Assembly (NCBI GenBank): GCA_004212975.1
Contig: SHBF01000002.1
Span: forward strand, 1 to 60,875
Direction: 5' to 3'
Length of the DNA: 60,875 nucleotides
Source of the DNA: SAR86 cluster bacterium
Lineage (GTDB): Bacteria; Pseudomonadota; Gammaproteobacteria; Magnimaribacterales; D2472
Of this stretch, positions 59,488 through 60,875 are shown piece after piece (within the stretch, counting starts at the first letter, position 1; every line of letters starts with the position of its first letter). Position numbers and translations under genes: made by a program. The notes beneath the pieces were generated by a model, which had not been told where the DNA came from, did not search any database, and was given only the letters and a program-made list of their open reading frames with translations.

Positions 59488-60094
59488 TCCAATATATTTA
59501 GAGGCTTCTTTTATATCTTTTGTAATTCATGCGTCAATTATTCTATATCTTCTTGGTTTTTTTTATTATGAATCTCAACAAACCTCAGTATTGAGTAAGC
59601 CAATTGAGGTAAATTTAATTTTTGAAGAAAAGATTGAAGCAAAAAAGCAAGTCAATCAAAAATTAGAATCAAAAGAAATTATTAATGATAATTCAATGAA
59701 TGAGATAATTCCTGATGAAACTATTTCATTTGACTCTCTCATACCTTCTGTTAGCTTAGATGACTTAATTGCTGAAGATAAATTAATATCTAAAGAATCT
59801 CAGCATAGTCAAGTAGAACTATATAGCTCTCTTATCATAAAGAGCATACAGTCAGCCTGGCGTAAGCCAATTAATATTCAGGACGGCTTGGTTTGTGACC
59901 TTAGATTGTCAATTAATAAAAATGGGAGAATTGTTAATGTTAATTTGATTAGAAGTAGTGGAAATTTAAGATTTGATAATTCAGCTTTAAAGGCTGTACA
60001 AAGAGCTGATACTTTTAGTTTCTTTAGAGATATTTCATATAGTTTATACAACACAAATTTTAAAAGTGTAGTGATTACATTCAATCCAACATGA
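59477..60094 (+). CDS. tolA: Tol-Pal system protein TolA (short linker domain)
   Basis: N-terminal TM helix, a charged linker, and a TolA/TonB-type C-domain (SAWRKP...CDLRLSINKNGRIVNVNLIRSSGNLRFDNSALKAV). Position between tolR and tolB. Confidence 0.75.
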   Translation: MKINPIYLEASFISFVIHASIILYLLGFFYYESQQTSVLSKPIEVNLIFEEKIEAKKQVNQKLESKEIINDNSMNEIIPDETISFDSLIPSVSLDDLIAEDKLISKESQHSQVELYSSLIIKSIQSAWRKPINIQDGLVCDLRLSINKNGRIVNVNLIRSSGNLRFDNSALKAVQRADTFSFFRDISYSLYNTNFKSVVITFNPT

Positions 60095-60875
60095 AAAAAA
60101 TATTATTAATATTAGCATTTTCTAATACGCTCACTTCAGAACTTATTCTAGAAATTACTCAAGGCACTGAGGATCCCTACAGAGTAGCTATTTTAAAATT
60201 TGAGGGCGATGAAAAGGTTTCAAACGACATTGATAAAATTATAAGAAATAATTTAAAGAGGTCAGGAGAGTTTAATTTATTTGCAAACGAAGATTTACTC
60301 TCTTCACCAACTAGTGAGACTGAAGTTATATTTAATGATTTTAAAATTTTAAATATTGATTATTTAGTTATTGGAAAAATTATAAAAGACGGTATTAGCA
60401 TATCTGTTGTTTATAACATATTTGATATCAATAAAGGTAAAAAAATTAGGACTTCAACTGTTTACGGCATACCAAATAAAAATAGACAGCTAGGCCATTA
60501 TGTAAGCGACGGTATTTATGAAGAAATAACTGGCATGAAGGGGATATCGTCAACAAAAATACTTTATGTAACTGAGAATAAGAATTTTAATCTTATGGTT
60601 GCAGATGCCGATGGAAGCAATGAACAAATACTCTTAAAGAGTAATGATCCTATCATTTCTCCAGCATGGTCTCCAGATTCAAAAAAGGTAGCATACGTTT
60701 CATTTGAAACAGGAATGGCAAAGGTCTATATTCAAGACATAGCAACTGGCGAAAGAGAACTCGCAATAGAAAATTCATCTCAAATTAGCTCACCTTCTTG
60801 GTCGCCTGATGGCAAATTTCTTTCATTGACTATGTACCAAGATGGAAATGCTGAAATCTACATACTCAATTTAAA
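60091..60875 (+). CDS. tolB: Tol-Pal system beta-propeller protein TolB, 3'-partial
   Basis: Not in the ORF track because there is no stop in the window. The ATG at 60091 (ATGA overlap with tolA) opens MKKILLILAFS...YRVAILKF...SPAWSPDSKKVAYVSFE...SPSWSPDGKFLS, the TolB N-domain followed by the first propeller blades. The frame stays open to the window end. Confidence 0.92.
   Translation, partial: MKKILLILAFSNTLTSELILEITQGTEDPYRVAILKFEGDEKVSNDIDKIIRNNLKRSGEFNLFANEDLLSSPTSETEVIFNDFKILNIDYLVIGKIIKDGISISVVYNIFDINKGKKIRTSTVYGIPNKNRQLGHYVSDGIYEEITGMKGISSTKILYVTENKNFNLMVADADGSNEQILLKSNDPIISPAWSPDSKKVAYVSFETGMAKVYIQDIATGERELAIENSSQISSPSWSPDGKFLSLTMYQDGNAEIYILNL

Overview
This 60.9-kb window is a contiguous, almost gap-free stretch of core chromosome from a visibly AT-rich (roughly 30% G+C by eye, not computed), streamlined gammaproteobacterium. 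Gene order follows the Pseudomonas/E. coli-type syntenic blocks, joined end to end and stripped of many usual members. Block 1: mreBCD, a small YhdP-like protein, mgtE, rpoN-lptB-lptA-kdsD, then divergently mlaC-ibaG-murA. Block 2: degS, zapE, rplM-rpsI, petABC, sspA, a small LpoA-like lipoprotein, rsmI and RNase P RNA. Block 3: the dcw cell-division/wall cluster. Block 4: rpsF-rpsR-rplI-dnaB-alr. Block 5: pyrG-kdsA-eno-ftsB-ispDF-surE-pcm, a DUF368 protein, fdxA and recA. Accessory patch: thiolase, esterase, Anbu proteasome homologue, circularly permuted ATP-grasp and alpha-E proteins. Block 6: proS, a zinc-ribbon protein, aspS-yebC, a small nuclease, ybgC-tolQRAB. By my coordinate tally only about 1 kb lies outside called genes, and many neighbours share ATGA/TAATG stop-start overlaps. 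I found no tRNA, rRNA, CRISPR array, IS element or prophage remnant. The best candidate for an undescribed system is the Anbu / cpATP-grasp / alpha-E module (49.3-53.5 kb), here rearranged and without a transglutaminase-like gene. Three further items stand out: a 141-aa Hjc-like PD-(D/E)xK nuclease sits exactly where ruvC-ruvA-ruvB normally lie; ftsZ has moved from the 3' end of the dcw cluster to between mraZ and rsmH; and four 10-bp-phased AAAGTGTG repeats (a likely MraZ operator) lie upstream of mraZ. All family assignments come from motif and synteny recognition by eye; no searches were run.
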